From: an uncultured Chloroflexia bacterium
GTDB taxonomy: Bacteria > Chloroflexota > Limnocylindria > Limnocylindrales > CSP1-4
Length of the DNA stretch: 64,000 nucleotides
NCBI GenBank assembly: GCA_963713975.1
Contig: OY970218.1
Span: 32,001-96,000, forward strand
Direction: 5' to 3'
Shown: positions 45,477-55,145 of the stretch, in pieces
How positions within the stretch are numbered: the stretch's first letter is position 1
Layout of the letters: every line of letters begins with the position of its first letter
Notes under the pieces: model-generated
The model's database searches: none
Told to the model about the DNA's origin: nothing
The model's input: the letters and a program-made list of their open reading frames with translations, nothing else
Made by a program: the position numbers and the translations under genes

Positions 45477-46462
45477 CCCCCGCGGGCCCGCCTGCCATCC
45501 CCCGGGTCGTGGGCGTCTCCCTCAACGCCGCGGTCGACAAGACGGCGTCCGTGAGTCGGCTCGTGCCCGGGGAGATCCATCGGCCGACGGTGCGGACCGT
45601 CGTTCCCGGCGGCAAGGCGGTCAATGTCGTCCGGGCGGCCCGACACCTCGGCCTCGACGGTGAGGTCGTGGCGGTGCTGGGCGGACACGCGGGGGAGTGG
45701 TATCGGGCTGCGCTGGCCGAACGCTCCATCGCGCTGCATGCCGTCGATGTCGCCGGCGAGACGCGCACCTGCCTGTCCATCCTCGACGTGGCGACTGGCG
45801 AGCTGACCGAGCTCTACGAGGCCGGGGTGGAGCTGTCGGACCGGGACTGGCCGCTGGTCGAGGACGCACTCCGGGCGGCGCTCGGGACCGACGCTGCCGG
45901 TGCCGTCGTCGTCCTCGCGGGCAGCCTGCCACCGGGGGCGCCGCTGGATGCCTATGGTCGTCTCGGCGCGATCGCGGCAAGCCTCGGCGCACGCGCGGCC
46001 ATCGACATCGCGGGACCACCGCTCGCGGCCGCGCTCGACGCCGGTCCGTGGCTCGTCAAGGTGAACGCCGTCGAGGTCGAGACGGTCACCGGGACGAGCG
46101 CCCGGACGCAAGCCCGTGCCCTCGCCGCGGCCCGGGACCTGCGTGACCGGGGCGCCGGGATCGCGATCGTGACTCGGGGGGTCCACGGAGCGGTGCTGGC
46201 GGCACCGGATGGGGACTGGACGCTCGGGAACCTGCCGACGTCGCTCCGTGGCCCGTACTCCGTGGGAAGCGGCGACGCCTTCCTCGCCGGGTTCCTGGCA
46301 GGGCTGGCGCGCGGCCTGTCCCCCGGGGAGGCACTCCAGCTTGCGGGTGCGGCTGGTTCCGCCAACGCCCGGGTGCCCGGCCAGGGCGAGCTCGATCCCG
46401 GGGATGTCGAGCGGACCGTGCGCTCGTGTCCCGTGAACCTGGTTCCAAGCTCCCGAACCTGA
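45473..46462 (+). CDS. 1-phosphofructokinase / tagatose-6-phosphate kinase family (LacC/FruK-like)
   Basis: LNAAVDKT, GGKAVNV, GETR, AGSLPPG, VKVNAVE, SVGSGDAF. Confidence 0.88.
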   Translation: MTPAGPPAIPRVVGVSLNAAVDKTASVSRLVPGEIHRPTVRTVVPGGKAVNVVRAARHLGLDGEVVAVLGGHAGEWYRAALAERSIALHAVDVAGETRTCLSILDVATGELTELYEAGVELSDRDWPLVEDALRAALGTDAAGAVVVLAGSLPPGAPLDAYGRLGAIAASLGARAAIDIAGPPLAAALDAGPWLVKVNAVEVETVTGTSARTQARALAAARDLRDRGAGIAIVTRGVHGAVLAAPDGDWTLGNLPTSLRGPYSVGSGDAFLAGFLAGLARGLSPGEALQLAGAAGSANARVPGQGELDPGDVERTVRSCPVNLVPSSRT

Positions 46463-46513
46463 CGACGCCGGGCGGTCCAGGGGCTCCTCCTGGGTGCCAC
46501 TACCGTGCGAGCC

Positions 46514-46987
46514 CTACTCCGGGGTGACCGCCAGCTGCTCCAGCCGCCTGCGGACCCGGCCCAGGGCGCCGCGGTCGGCGAATGCGACGAACACCGTGTC
46601 GTCGCCCGCGATCGAGCCGGCAACCTCGGGCCACCGGGCTCGGTCCAGGGCGGCGGCCAGCGGGTGCGCAGAGCCGGGAAGGGTCTTGAGCACCAGCATC
46701 GTGCCGGCCTCCCGGATCTCCACCGGCATGTCGCCGAGGAGGCGGCGGATCCGATCCTCACCACTCGTGTCAGCCTCACGCAGGCGGGGAGGGATCGCAT
46801 AGGCCTGCGTCCCGCTGCGCACGGCCTTGACCAGGCCCAGCTCCGCGACGTCCCGGCTGATCGTCGCCTGGGTGGCCCGGAACCCACGCTCCCGCAAGGC
46901 GGCCGCCAGCTCCTGCTGGGTCCGGATGGGACGCTGCTCCACGAGGTCGCGGATGGCCCGCTGTCGGAGCTGCTTCATGACCTCCAT
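46514..46987 (-). CDS. argR: Arginine repressor
   Basis: TQQEL...TQATISRD..ELG, LKTLPG, GSIAGDDT. Confidence 0.93.
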   Translation of the reverse strand: MEVMKQLRQRAIRDLVEQRPIRTQQELAAALRERGFRATQATISRDVAELGLVKAVRSGTQAYAIPPRLREADTSGEDRIRRLLGDMPVEIREAGTMLVLKTLPGSAHPLAAALDRARWPEVAGSIAGDDTVFVAFADRGALGRVRRRLEQLAVTPE

Positions 46988-46998
46988 GGGAGCGCTGT

Positions 46999-47844
46999 CT
47001 AGTGCCCCACCCACACGAGCCCGGCGATGATCGCGGCAAGGACGAGGCGATAGACCACGAAGATCGTGAGCGAGTGGGACCGGAGATAGCTGAGCAGGAC
47101 CTTGATGGCAAGCACCCCGGCGACGAATGACGCCACCGTGCCGACGAGCAGGGCTCCCGGGCTCACCGTGACGCTCATGTCGCCGACTGCAAGCTTGCGG
47201 ATCTCGAACAGGGTCGCCCCCAGGATGATCGGCGCGGCCATGAGGAAGCTGAACCGGGCGGCACTCTCGCGATCGAGGCCGGCGACCCGCCCGGCCGCGA
47301 TCGAGACGCCGGACCGGCTGATCCCCGGGATGAGCGCGAGCGCCTGCGCCACGCCGAGTGAGAGTGCGACCGGGAAGGTCACGTCGACGATCCGCCGGGC
47401 CTGGCTGCCCCAACGGTCGGCGGCCCACATGATGCCGGCGCCGACGACCAGCATCACGGCGACGGGCCCTGCGGCCCCGGGTCCGGTGCCGTGGAACTGC
47501 TCTTCGATGACATCGTTGAGCAGGTAGCCGACGACCGCGGCCGGAATGGTCGTGGCGACCAGCAGCCAGGCGAGCCGACGGTCCGGATCATCGCGAAACG
47601 ACCGGTCGCGGATCGTGGCCAGACCGGCCGGAACCAGCCGGAGCCAGTCCCTGCTGAAGTACAGCAGGAGGGCCGCCAGCGTGCCGATGTTGAGCAGCAC
47701 GCTGAACGCGAGTGACGTGATGAACGGGTCGTCCCAGCCCATCACGTACGGGATGAGCACGAGGTGCCCGGACGAGGAGATCGGCAGGAACTCGGTGAGG
47801 CCCTGCACGATCCCCATGACGGCCGCCTGGAGGAGCTGGTCCAT
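46999..47844 (-). CDS. uppP: Undecaprenyl-diphosphate phosphatase
   Basis: QGLTEFLPISSSGH, PGISRSG, ARFSFL, FVVYR. Confidence 0.95.
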   Translation of the reverse strand: MDQLLQAAVMGIVQGLTEFLPISSSGHLVLIPYVMGWDDPFITSLAFSVLLNIGTLAALLLYFSRDWLRLVPAGLATIRDRSFRDDPDRRLAWLLVATTIPAAVVGYLLNDVIEEQFHGTGPGAAGPVAVMLVVGAGIMWAADRWGSQARRIVDVTFPVALSLGVAQALALIPGISRSGVSIAAGRVAGLDRESAARFSFLMAAPIILGATLFEIRKLAVGDMSVTVSPGALLVGTVASFVAGVLAIKVLLSYLRSHSLTIFVVYRLVLAAIIAGLVWVGH

Positions 47845-47899
47845 CGGTTACCTCGGGCGGCCGGTCGCGTGGCGCCGGCCGCCCAGGACGCTCAGCCGC

Positions 47900-50128
47900 C
47901 TAGCGGATGAACAGCGGGGCGAGGACGAGGGTGATCGTTGCGATGAGCTTCACGAGCACGTGCAGCGACGGGCCCGCGGTGTCCTTGAAGGGATCGCCGA
48001 CCGTGTCGCCGACGACCGCCGCGGCATGGGCGTCGCTGCCCTTGCCGAGCACGTTGCCGTCCTCGTCCTTGAGGTTCCCGGACTCGATGTACTTCTTGGC
48101 GTTGTCCCAGGCTCCGCCGCCGTTGTTGAGGACGGTGGCAAGGAGGACGCCGGCGATGGTTCCCACCATCAGGAACCCGGCGACGGCCTGGTAGCCCAGC
48201 AGGAGGCCGACGAGGATCGGCGTGGCCACGGCGACCATGCCCGGGGCGACCATCTCACGGAGCGCCGCACGAGTGGTGATGTCCACCACTCGCGCGTAGT
48301 CCGGGCGCTGGGTGTAGTCCATGATCCCGGGCATCTCCCGGAACTGGCGCCGGACCTCGACGATGATCGACTGGGCGGTGGTGCCGACGGCCCGGATGGC
48401 GAGGCTGCTGAAGAAGTAGGCGAGCATCGCGCCGATGAAGGCCGCGACGAACACGCCGACATCGGCCATGTTGACCGAGGTGAGCAGCTCCACGTCCTGC
48501 TTGCCGGCCGCGATCTGGTTGCCCAGGATGAGGTTGACCTTGTCGATGTACGCGGAGAACAGGAGGAACGCGGCCAGCGATGCCGACGCGATCGCGTAGC
48601 CCTTGGTAAGGGCCTTGGTGGTGTTGCCGACGGCGTCAAGCTTGTCAGTGATCTCGCGGGCGCCTGCCTCGGCCCGGGAGAACTCGGCGATCCCGCCTGC
48701 GTTGTCCGTGATCGGCCCGAACGTGTCCATGGCCAGGATGTAGGCGGTCGTCATGAGCATGCCCATGGTCGCCACGGCGGTGCCGAAGATCCCGCCCACG
48801 TCCTGGCCGGCAGTGTTGGTCAGGTTCGCCTGTGAGCCGAGCCAATGGCTGGCGATCAGCGCGACGCCGATCGTGAGCGCGGTCACGGCGGTGGTCTCGA
48901 AGCCAACGGCGGTGCCGCTGATGATGTTGGTCGCCGGACCGGTCTTGGAAGCCTCGGCGATCTCGCGGACCGGGCGGAACGATCCCGCCGTGTAGAACTG
49001 CGTGATGTAGACGAACGCGACGCTCGTCGCGAGGCCGACGACCCCCGCGAGGAAGAACCACACCCAGACTGGCAGCCCGTTCGCGACGTCGCCATTGGTC
49101 TGCATCATCTGGCTGGTGACGAACGCGAGCCCCAGCACGGACAGGATCGTGGTGACCCAGTACCCGCGGTTGAGGATGTTCATCGGATCCTCGGTCTCCT
49201 TGCCGCGGATGAAGAACATCGCGACCATCGTGGCGAACAGCCCGAAGGAGCGCACGACGAGGGGGAAGAAGATCCAGGCCGACGGGTTAGGCCAGCCGAG
49301 GTCGGTCGCGATCTTGAACACCGCGACACCGAGGATCATGGCGCCGATGTTCTCGGCGGCCGTGGACTCGAACAGGTCAGCACCGCGGCCGGCGCAGTCG
49401 CCGACGTTGTCGCCCACGAGGTCCGCGATCACGCCCGCGTTCCGGGGATCGTCCTCGGGGATGCCCTTCTCGACCTTGCCGACGAGGTCGGAGCCGACAT
49501 CGGCTGCCTTGGTGTAGATGCCACCGCCCAGCTGGGCGAACAGGGCCACAAAGCTCGCGCCGAAGCCGAAGCCGACGATGAGGAACGGCGCCTGCTCCAC
49601 GGTGACATCGCCGATCAGCACTTGGAACAGCGTGAACACGAGCCACACGCCGAGCAGCGACAGGGCGACGACGAGGAAGCCGGAGACGGCCCCACCGCGC
49701 ATGGCGACCTGGACGGCCTCGACGAGGCTGCGGCGTGCCGCCGAGGCGGTCCGCACGTTCGAGCGGACGCTGATGGTCATACCGATGATGCCTGAGAGCA
49801 TCGAGCAGCCCGCGCCGACGAGGAACGCGAAACCGGTCAGGACGCCGATCGGCAGGCCGGCCAGGGACGGCACATCTGCCACCTCCGGCGTCTCCACCAG
49901 CGCGATGACCACACCGATGATCACGGATGCGACGACCGCGAGCACCGCGATCGTCGTGTACTGGCGCTTGACGAATGCGTCGGCGCCTTCGCGGATCGTA
50001 TCGGCCACATCCACCATGGCCGATGTCCCGGTATCCCGGGCCATGACGTCGCGTGCCAGGTAGGCCGCGAACAGGATCGCGGCGATGCCTGAGATGGGGA
50101 TGATCCAGTAGAGCGCGGATTCGCCCAT
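47900..50128 (-). CDS. hppA: Membrane-bound proton-translocating pyrophosphatase, K+-independent type
   Basis: GGGIYTKAADVGSDLVGKVE, EDDPRN, DNVGD, GNTTKA (Lys marks K+ independence), GDTVGDPFKD. Confidence 0.93.
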   Translation of the reverse strand: MGESALYWIIPISGIAAILFAAYLARDVMARDTGTSAMVDVADTIREGADAFVKRQYTTIAVLAVVASVIIGVVIALVETPEVADVPSLAGLPIGVLTGFAFLVGAGCSMLSGIIGMTISVRSNVRTASAARRSLVEAVQVAMRGGAVSGFLVVALSLLGVWLVFTLFQVLIGDVTVEQAPFLIVGFGFGASFVALFAQLGGGIYTKAADVGSDLVGKVEKGIPEDDPRNAGVIADLVGDNVGDCAGRGADLFESTAAENIGAMILGVAVFKIATDLGWPNPSAWIFFPLVVRSFGLFATMVAMFFIRGKETEDPMNILNRGYWVTTILSVLGLAFVTSQMMQTNGDVANGLPVWVWFFLAGVVGLATSVAFVYITQFYTAGSFRPVREIAEASKTGPATNIISGTAVGFETTAVTALTIGVALIASHWLGSQANLTNTAGQDVGGIFGTAVATMGMLMTTAYILAMDTFGPITDNAGGIAEFSRAEAGAREITDKLDAVGNTTKALTKGYAIASASLAAFLLFSAYIDKVNLILGNQIAAGKQDVELLTSVNMADVGVFVAAFIGAMLAYFFSSLAIRAVGTTAQSIIVEVRRQFREMPGIMDYTQRPDYARVVDITTRAALREMVAPGMVAVATPILVGLLLGYQAVAGFLMVGTIAGVLLATVLNNGGGAWDNAKKYIESGNLKDEDGNVLGKGSDAHAAAVVGDTVGDPFKDTAGPSLHVLVKLIATITLVLAPLFIR

Positions 50129-50298
50129 AGACGTCTGCAGAGCCTCCTACCCATTGGCGCGGGAACGCCGGATCGCCTGTCGTGGCGTGGAATGACGGGC
50201 CCGGCGCGATCCGGGCCTGGCGCGGTTGCCCGCGCATGGTGTGGGCATGTCACCGGCGGGGGTTCGGAACGCAGGGGAACCGCCACATCGGCGGGTTG

Positions 50299-50328
50299 AG
50301 TGTATGCGTGCGCGTTCGCACGGGTCAA
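50299..50328 (-). promoter_or_regulatory. Sigma70-type promoter of hppA
   Basis: TTGACC, 18-bp spacer, TACACT on the minus strand. Confidence 0.65.
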
Positions 50329-50510
50329 ACGACTTCCGGGCCTGAGCGCATGGCTTGCAGTGGACCGCGTGGCCTATGCATTGGCCCCCACGACGCCCTG
50401 TCGTGGGCCAGTCGGCCCTACCGGGCAACGCGCGCCCACCCCAGGGCCCGGCTCCGGTTCGGTGACGGCAAGCCGGGGCAGCGGGCTCCCGCACCCTATA
50501 CTCCCCGCTC

Positions 50511-51104
50511 GTGGACCGCAGATCCAGCTTCGGGTGTCTCATCGAGGTCGTCGAGACCCTCGTCCTCACCCTCGTCATCTTCTTCGTCATCCAGAACTTC
50601 ATTGCCCAGCCGTACCAGGTGCAGCAGCAATCGATGGAGACGACGCTGGAGCCGGGCCAGTACGTGCTGGTCGACAAGCTCACGCCCCGCTGGGACAGCT
50701 ACCAGCGAGGTGACGTGGTGGTCTTCGACCCTCCCGAGACCTGGACGAGCGATCCCACGCCGTTCATCAAGCGCGTGATCGGTGAGCCCGGCGACACGGT
50801 CGAGGTCCGCGACGATGGCTACGTCTACATCAACGGCGTCAACCTCGAGGAGACGTACACGTTCGCGAACGCCGCGGGCGTCCAGGAGCCCACCGAGGCC
50901 TCCCCCGATCAGACCCGCTGGGTCGTCCCGGCCGGCCAGCTGTTCGTGATGGGCGACCACCGCCAGAAGTCCGCGGACTCACGGGTGTTCGGGCCGATCA
51001 ACACCTCCGACGTCATCGGCCGGGCATTCCTCCGCTACTGGCCGATCAGCACCCTCGGGATCCTCCAGACGCCCGCCTACCCAGACATCCCCGCGGCCCC
51101 CTGA
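50511..51104 (+). CDS. lepB: Signal peptidase I
   Basis: SMETTL (catalytic Ser), RGDVVVF, FIKRVIG.PGD, FVMGDHR..S.DSR; TATACT 8 nt before the GTG. Confidence 0.93.
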   Translation: MDRRSSFGCLIEVVETLVLTLVIFFVIQNFIAQPYQVQQQSMETTLEPGQYVLVDKLTPRWDSYQRGDVVVFDPPETWTSDPTPFIKRVIGEPGDTVEVRDDGYVYINGVNLEETYTFANAAGVQEPTEASPDQTRWVVPAGQLFVMGDHRQKSADSRVFGPINTSDVIGRAFLRYWPISTLGILQTPAYPDIPAAP

Positions 51105-51117
51105 CGGGGCCTGAGCC

Positions 51118-51843
51118 GTGACGCCGGTCCTCGTCGCCATCGCCCTCATCGTCGTCGCGGGAGCGGTCACGGCCGTCGCCGCGGCGACCCCGCGGCTGGC
51201 GGTGCTGGGCCTCCTCGTCGCGATGGTCGGCGCGACCTATGTCGTCGAGCCGCTGCCGGGCTCGCAGGGGCTGCTGGCACGACTGGCGGGCACGACGCTC
51301 GGCGTCTACCTCGTGTGGATCGGCCTCCGCCGCGCACCGGCGTCGCTCCCGGCCGCCAGCACCGGCTGGATCGGGACGGCGGCGATCGCTGCCATCGCCT
51401 TCGCTGCCGGGTGGCTGGCCGCGACCTCGCTCGGCTCGACGCTCGCCACCGGTGCTCCCGGCGGACCGGGTGGCGGCGGCGCAGGTGCTGCCCTCGTGGC
51501 TGGCACGCCCGTGGCTCGGGCCGCAGTTGGCGCTGCCCTGGCGCTGACGGCCGCAGCCCTTCCGCAGGTCGTGCTGGCCCGGGACACGCTGCGCCTGGGC
51601 GTGGGCCTGCTGCTGCTGCTGGCGGCGGCGGGCCTGCTGGCGAACGCCTTGATCGGACGGGTGGACAACGTGGTCGAGCTCGCGATGGCCGCGCTGACCG
51701 CCCTTGCGGGGGCCGCCGTCGCCGCCGTCATCGCCGGGTCCGTACGGCGGGGCGGCGACCTCGCGATCCGGGATTCGCTGCGGCCGGACGCGGCCATCCG
51801 CCATCGGTCGGCAGACGATGCGCACCGGCTCGGAGGGTCCTGA
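51118..51843 (+). CDS. Hydrophobic membrane protein, weakly HyfE/NuoJ-NuoK-like
   Basis: About 7 hydrophobic segments; LPQVVLARDTLRLGVGLLLL resembles NuoK/MrpC. Confidence 0.6.
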   Translation: MTPVLVAIALIVVAGAVTAVAAATPRLAVLGLLVAMVGATYVVEPLPGSQGLLARLAGTTLGVYLVWIGLRRAPASLPAASTGWIGTAAIAAIAFAAGWLAATSLGSTLATGAPGGPGGGGAGAALVAGTPVARAAVGAALALTAAALPQVVLARDTLRLGVGLLLLLAAAGLLANALIGRVDNVVELAMAALTALAGAAVAAVIAGSVRRGGDLAIRDSLRPDAAIRHRSADDAHRLGGS

Positions 51844-51848
51844 CCCCC

Positions 51849-53558
51849 ATGCGCCTGCTGCTGCTCCTTGTCATCGGTGGCCTCGGAGCCGTCGTTGCCG
51901 CGTGGGGGCTGCAGCGTGACGGTCGCGTTGCCCGGATGGCCGCCATCGTCGGGATCGCGGCACTTGTCGCCGTCACGGCGGACGCGTTCCTGCTTCGGCC
52001 GGCACGACTGAGCGGCTCGGGTGAGCCATTCAAGGGCCTGTTCGACGCCCGCCTGGTCACGACCGGCTACCTCCGGCTGGTCGTCGGGCTGTGGGGGCTG
52101 GAAAGCCTGATCCTCGTGTTCGTCGCGTGGCTCCTGGGTGGCCTCGCCGGATTGCGGACCCTGCTGCCCGCGACGCTTGCCGCGATCACCGGCGGGACGG
52201 TCGCAATGGCCTCGGCCAACCTGGCGGTCGGGGCAGCAGCGGCGGCGGCAACCGGCCTCGCGGTGCTCATGATCCTGCTCGCCGAGGACGGTTCGGCCGC
52301 CGTGGCGGCCGCGGCGCGGGAGCTGCGCGTGGCCCTGGCGACCGGTGCCGTAATCCTGGCCGCGCTCGTCGTCGTGCCGGTGGCGGCACGCCTCGCCCTG
52401 CTCACAGCGGGCGCCGGCACCGACGATGGCACGGGTGCCGTGGGGGCCTCGGTGGCCGGCCCGGCCATGGGCCTGATCACGATCGCCGTCGGCCTGGCGG
52501 TGGCCGCCCGCTGGGGCATGCTGCCGTTCCACGTCCGCGTCTCCCGCGTGACCGACCTCGTGGCGCCCGTGACCCTGCCGCTCATGCTGGTCTGGATCCC
52601 GGTCCCCCTGACGGTCGTCACCCTCACGGCGGTGGACTGGTTCATCGCACCGCTGGCGCTGCCCCTGGAAGGCGAACGATTGGTGCTGGTGGTGATGGCG
52701 TTCGCAACGCTGACCGGGGCATCGCTGGCGGCCTTCTTCCATGACGATCTCCGACATGCCGCCGGCTACCTCGTGATCGCCGATTCGGGCCTGCTGCTGC
52801 TGGCGATCGCGGCGCTGGATCCGGCGGCATGGGGACCCGGCCGGGAATGGGTGGTGGTGCTGGCGGCCTCGAAGACGGCCCTGATCGCATGGGCCTTCGT
52901 CGCCGAGGACAGGTTCCAGACCCGCAGCATCCCCGACCTGCGCGGGTGGGCCCGCCGGTCACCGCTGCTCGCGGCGGCGCTGCTGCTCACGACGCTCGCG
53001 ACGTTCGGCCTCCCCGGCTGGATCGCATTCGAGGTCCGCGGCACGCTGCCCGGCCTCGTGGCCGGCGGTCCGTGGGATGCCCTCCTGGTCATCGCCGGGT
53101 TGCTGGCCCTTCCCACCTACCTGCGACTGCTGGGCCTGGGCCTTGGATTGCCGACCAGCCGGGTGGAGGCGGCCGCACCGGAGCGGATCATCCGGCGGCG
53201 GGGGCGGCGCGTCGAGACGCTCACCGTAGAGCTCGAGAGCCCGGCCGTGCCGGAAGGCGCGGCGGATCCGACGGCGATCATGGCCGGAGGGTCAGATGCC
53301 GGCGCCGGGACGCTGGGGGCCGGCGACCATCCCGCGGTCCGTCGGACGACCGCTCGCCGGGTCACGACGCTGCGGGTCACGACGCTGCGGGCGGCTCGTC
53401 GGGTGACCGCGGCCCTGCGCCGGGACCATACGGAGCTGCTGTCAGGCGCCGTGCTCGCCCTTGCGGTTCTCGCCATCCTCATGAGCTGGGGGGCGCTGGA
53501 CATCTCCGCCGCCGCGGCGGACCCCGCCCCCATCGTCACGGGGCCGGCCAGCGATTAG
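51849..53558 (+). CDS. Divergent proton-conducting membrane transporter (NuoM/N-MrpD-HyfF family)
   Basis: RWGMLPFH, DDLRHAAGY, ASKTAL, DLRGWARRSP, LATFGLPGWIAF. Confidence 0.7.
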   Translation: MRLLLLLVIGGLGAVVAAWGLQRDGRVARMAAIVGIAALVAVTADAFLLRPARLSGSGEPFKGLFDARLVTTGYLRLVVGLWGLESLILVFVAWLLGGLAGLRTLLPATLAAITGGTVAMASANLAVGAAAAAATGLAVLMILLAEDGSAAVAAAARELRVALATGAVILAALVVVPVAARLALLTAGAGTDDGTGAVGASVAGPAMGLITIAVGLAVAARWGMLPFHVRVSRVTDLVAPVTLPLMLVWIPVPLTVVTLTAVDWFIAPLALPLEGERLVLVVMAFATLTGASLAAFFHDDLRHAAGYLVIADSGLLLLAIAALDPAAWGPGREWVVVLAASKTALIAWAFVAEDRFQTRSIPDLRGWARRSPLLAAALLLTTLATFGLPGWIAFEVRGTLPGLVAGGPWDALLVIAGLLALPTYLRLLGLGLGLPTSRVEAAAPERIIRRRGRRVETLTVELESPAVPEGAADPTAIMAGGSDAGAGTLGAGDHPAVRRTTARRVTTLRVTTLRAARRVTAALRRDHTELLSGAVLALAVLAILMSWGALDISAAAADPAPIVTGPASD

Positions 53559-53598
53559 GTCTCGCGCGGGCAGCACCGCGACCCGGCCGCCGCCGGGC

Positions 53599-54066
53599 CT
53601 ACTCGCCCGGGGCAAGCACCCAGCGATCGACCTCACGCTCGTACTCGAGCAGCTCCTCGGGCCGGAACCAGAGCGCCAGCTCCGCCGCTGCGTTCTCGGG
53701 GCTGTCGGAGGCGTGGACCAGGTTCTGGGCGGTTTCGACGGCGAAGTCGCCGCGGATGGAGCCGGGGGCGGCCTCGTGCGGGCGGGTCGCCCCGTTCATG
53801 GCACGAACGATCGCGATCGAGTTGGGCCCCTCGAGCGCCGCGGCGACGAGCGGGCCCGACGTGATGAAGTCCACGAGACCGCGGAAGAACGGCTTCTCGC
53901 TGTGGACCGCGTAGTGCGCTTCGGCGAGCGCCCGGTCGACGTGGACCAGCTTGAGGCCGACGATCTTGAGACCGCGATCCTCGAACCGCGCGAGGACGCG
54001 ACCGACGAGCTGGCGCTGGACGCCGTCGGGCTTGACGAGGAGCAGGGTTCGCTGGAGATCCGTCAT
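53599..54066 (-). CDS. ndk: Nucleoside diphosphate kinase
   Basis: RTLLLVKPDGV, HY, KPFF, GAT, GSIRGDF, NLVHASDS. Confidence 0.96.
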   Translation of the reverse strand: MTDLQRTLLLVKPDGVQRQLVGRVLARFEDRGLKIVGLKLVHVDRALAEAHYAVHSEKPFFRGLVDFITSGPLVAAALEGPNSIAIVRAMNGATRPHEAAPGSIRGDFAVETAQNLVHASDSPENAAAELALWFRPEELLEYEREVDRWVLAPGE

Positions 54067-54188
54067 TCGGGCTGCGGGCCTCTATCTCGTGCGCGACCGC
54101 GGCCGTGCCGGGATCGCGGGGGTTGCTGGGTGGGAGCACAGGGTAGCGTGAGCCGGGCCGACCTCGCGCAGACCTGCATGTCCGGCGC

Positions 54189-55145
54189 TCAGGCAGGACC
54201 GGCGTCGGGGTCCGGCTCCTCCCGCTCTGCCGGCTCCGCGGACGCCGGGTCGGGGACGCGGCCGCGGGCGACATCGTAGGCGGCCAGCGCCTCGTGTTCG
54301 CGACCCAGGAGCCGAAGCGCGTCCCCGGCGACCAGGGCCAGCGCCGGGTCGGACATCCGGTCCCCGATGGCATCGAGCACGCCCTGAGCGAACGCAGGCT
54401 CGAGGCGGATCGCCACGCCGAGCCCCAGGGCCGCCGTTGCCACGGAACCTCCCCCCAGCGCCGCGCGGCCCCCGGCAAAGGCCCCCGCCGCCGCGGCCGA
54501 GGCCGAGGCCGAGGCCGGATCATCGCCGTTGCCGCCACGGGCGGGTCGTTTCGAGCCGGCGGGCGCGCGACCCGCCGAAGCAGTCCCGGCGACAGCAAGC
54601 CCGACCGCATCCGGTCCAGGATCCGGAGGCCAAACCGTGCTCCGGGGCATGCCGGCAAACACCCCCTCGAGGGAGCCGGTGTTGCGGGCCAGCGCGCGCC
54701 CGGCGAGTCTCCGCGCCTCCGCCGGACGCCCGAGCCCGGCCATGGCCTCCGCGGCGATCACGAACGCGAGCGGCTCGTCGACCCCGCGCCCGATCGCCGT
54801 GGTCGCCGCCTCGCCGGCACCGGCAAGGTCGCCGGTCCGCCACCGAGCTTCGGCCAGGTCCAGGAGCGCCACGTCGTCCAGCGTCCCGATCCCGGCAAAG
54901 GATTCGAGCTCCGCGCGAGCCAGCGCCAGCGCGCCCATCCGGAGGTGGACGCGGGCAAGCTGGAGCGAGACCGGGCGGCCACCGTCGACGTCGCCGGGCT
55001 CGTCGCCGGGCTCGTCGCCGTCGGCGATGCCCGCAGGCAGGAACGACCCGGCGGCCGAAGCAACGCCCGCGTCGGGACCCGGGTCCACGTCGGGAAGCGG
55101 GTCCGCGTCGGGCACGGGGGCGGGCGCACGCCGGCGGCGGGTCAT
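54189..55145 (-). CDS. Hypothetical protein with TPR-like helical repeats
   Basis: LLDLAEARWRTGDLAGA, AEAMAGLGRPAEARRL, GDALRLLGREHEALAAY; ATGA overlap with the M16 gene. Confidence 0.65.
   Translation of the reverse strand: MTRRRRAPAPVPDADPLPDVDPGPDAGVASAAGSFLPAGIADGDEPGDEPGDVDGGRPVSLQLARVHLRMGALALARAELESFAGIGTLDDVALLDLAEARWRTGDLAGAGEAATTAIGRGVDEPLAFVIAAEAMAGLGRPAEARRLAGRALARNTGSLEGVFAGMPRSTVWPPDPGPDAVGLAVAGTASAGRAPAGSKRPARGGNGDDPASASASAAAAGAFAGGRAALGGGSVATAALGLGVAIRLEPAFAQGVLDAIGDRMSDPALALVAGDALRLLGREHEALAAYDVARGRVPDPASAEPAEREEPDPDAGPA

Noticed and set aside
43501-46462. Sulfoglycolysis (sulfo-EMP) reading of the aldolase/kinase genes
   Set aside because: No YihS-like isomerase, GH31 sulfoquinovosidase or SLA reductase; the GH4 CHSV motif and LacC-like kinase favour galacto/tagatose chemistry.
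46514-46987. Local arginine regulon around argR
   Set aside because: No arg genes or convincing ARG boxes seen in the window.
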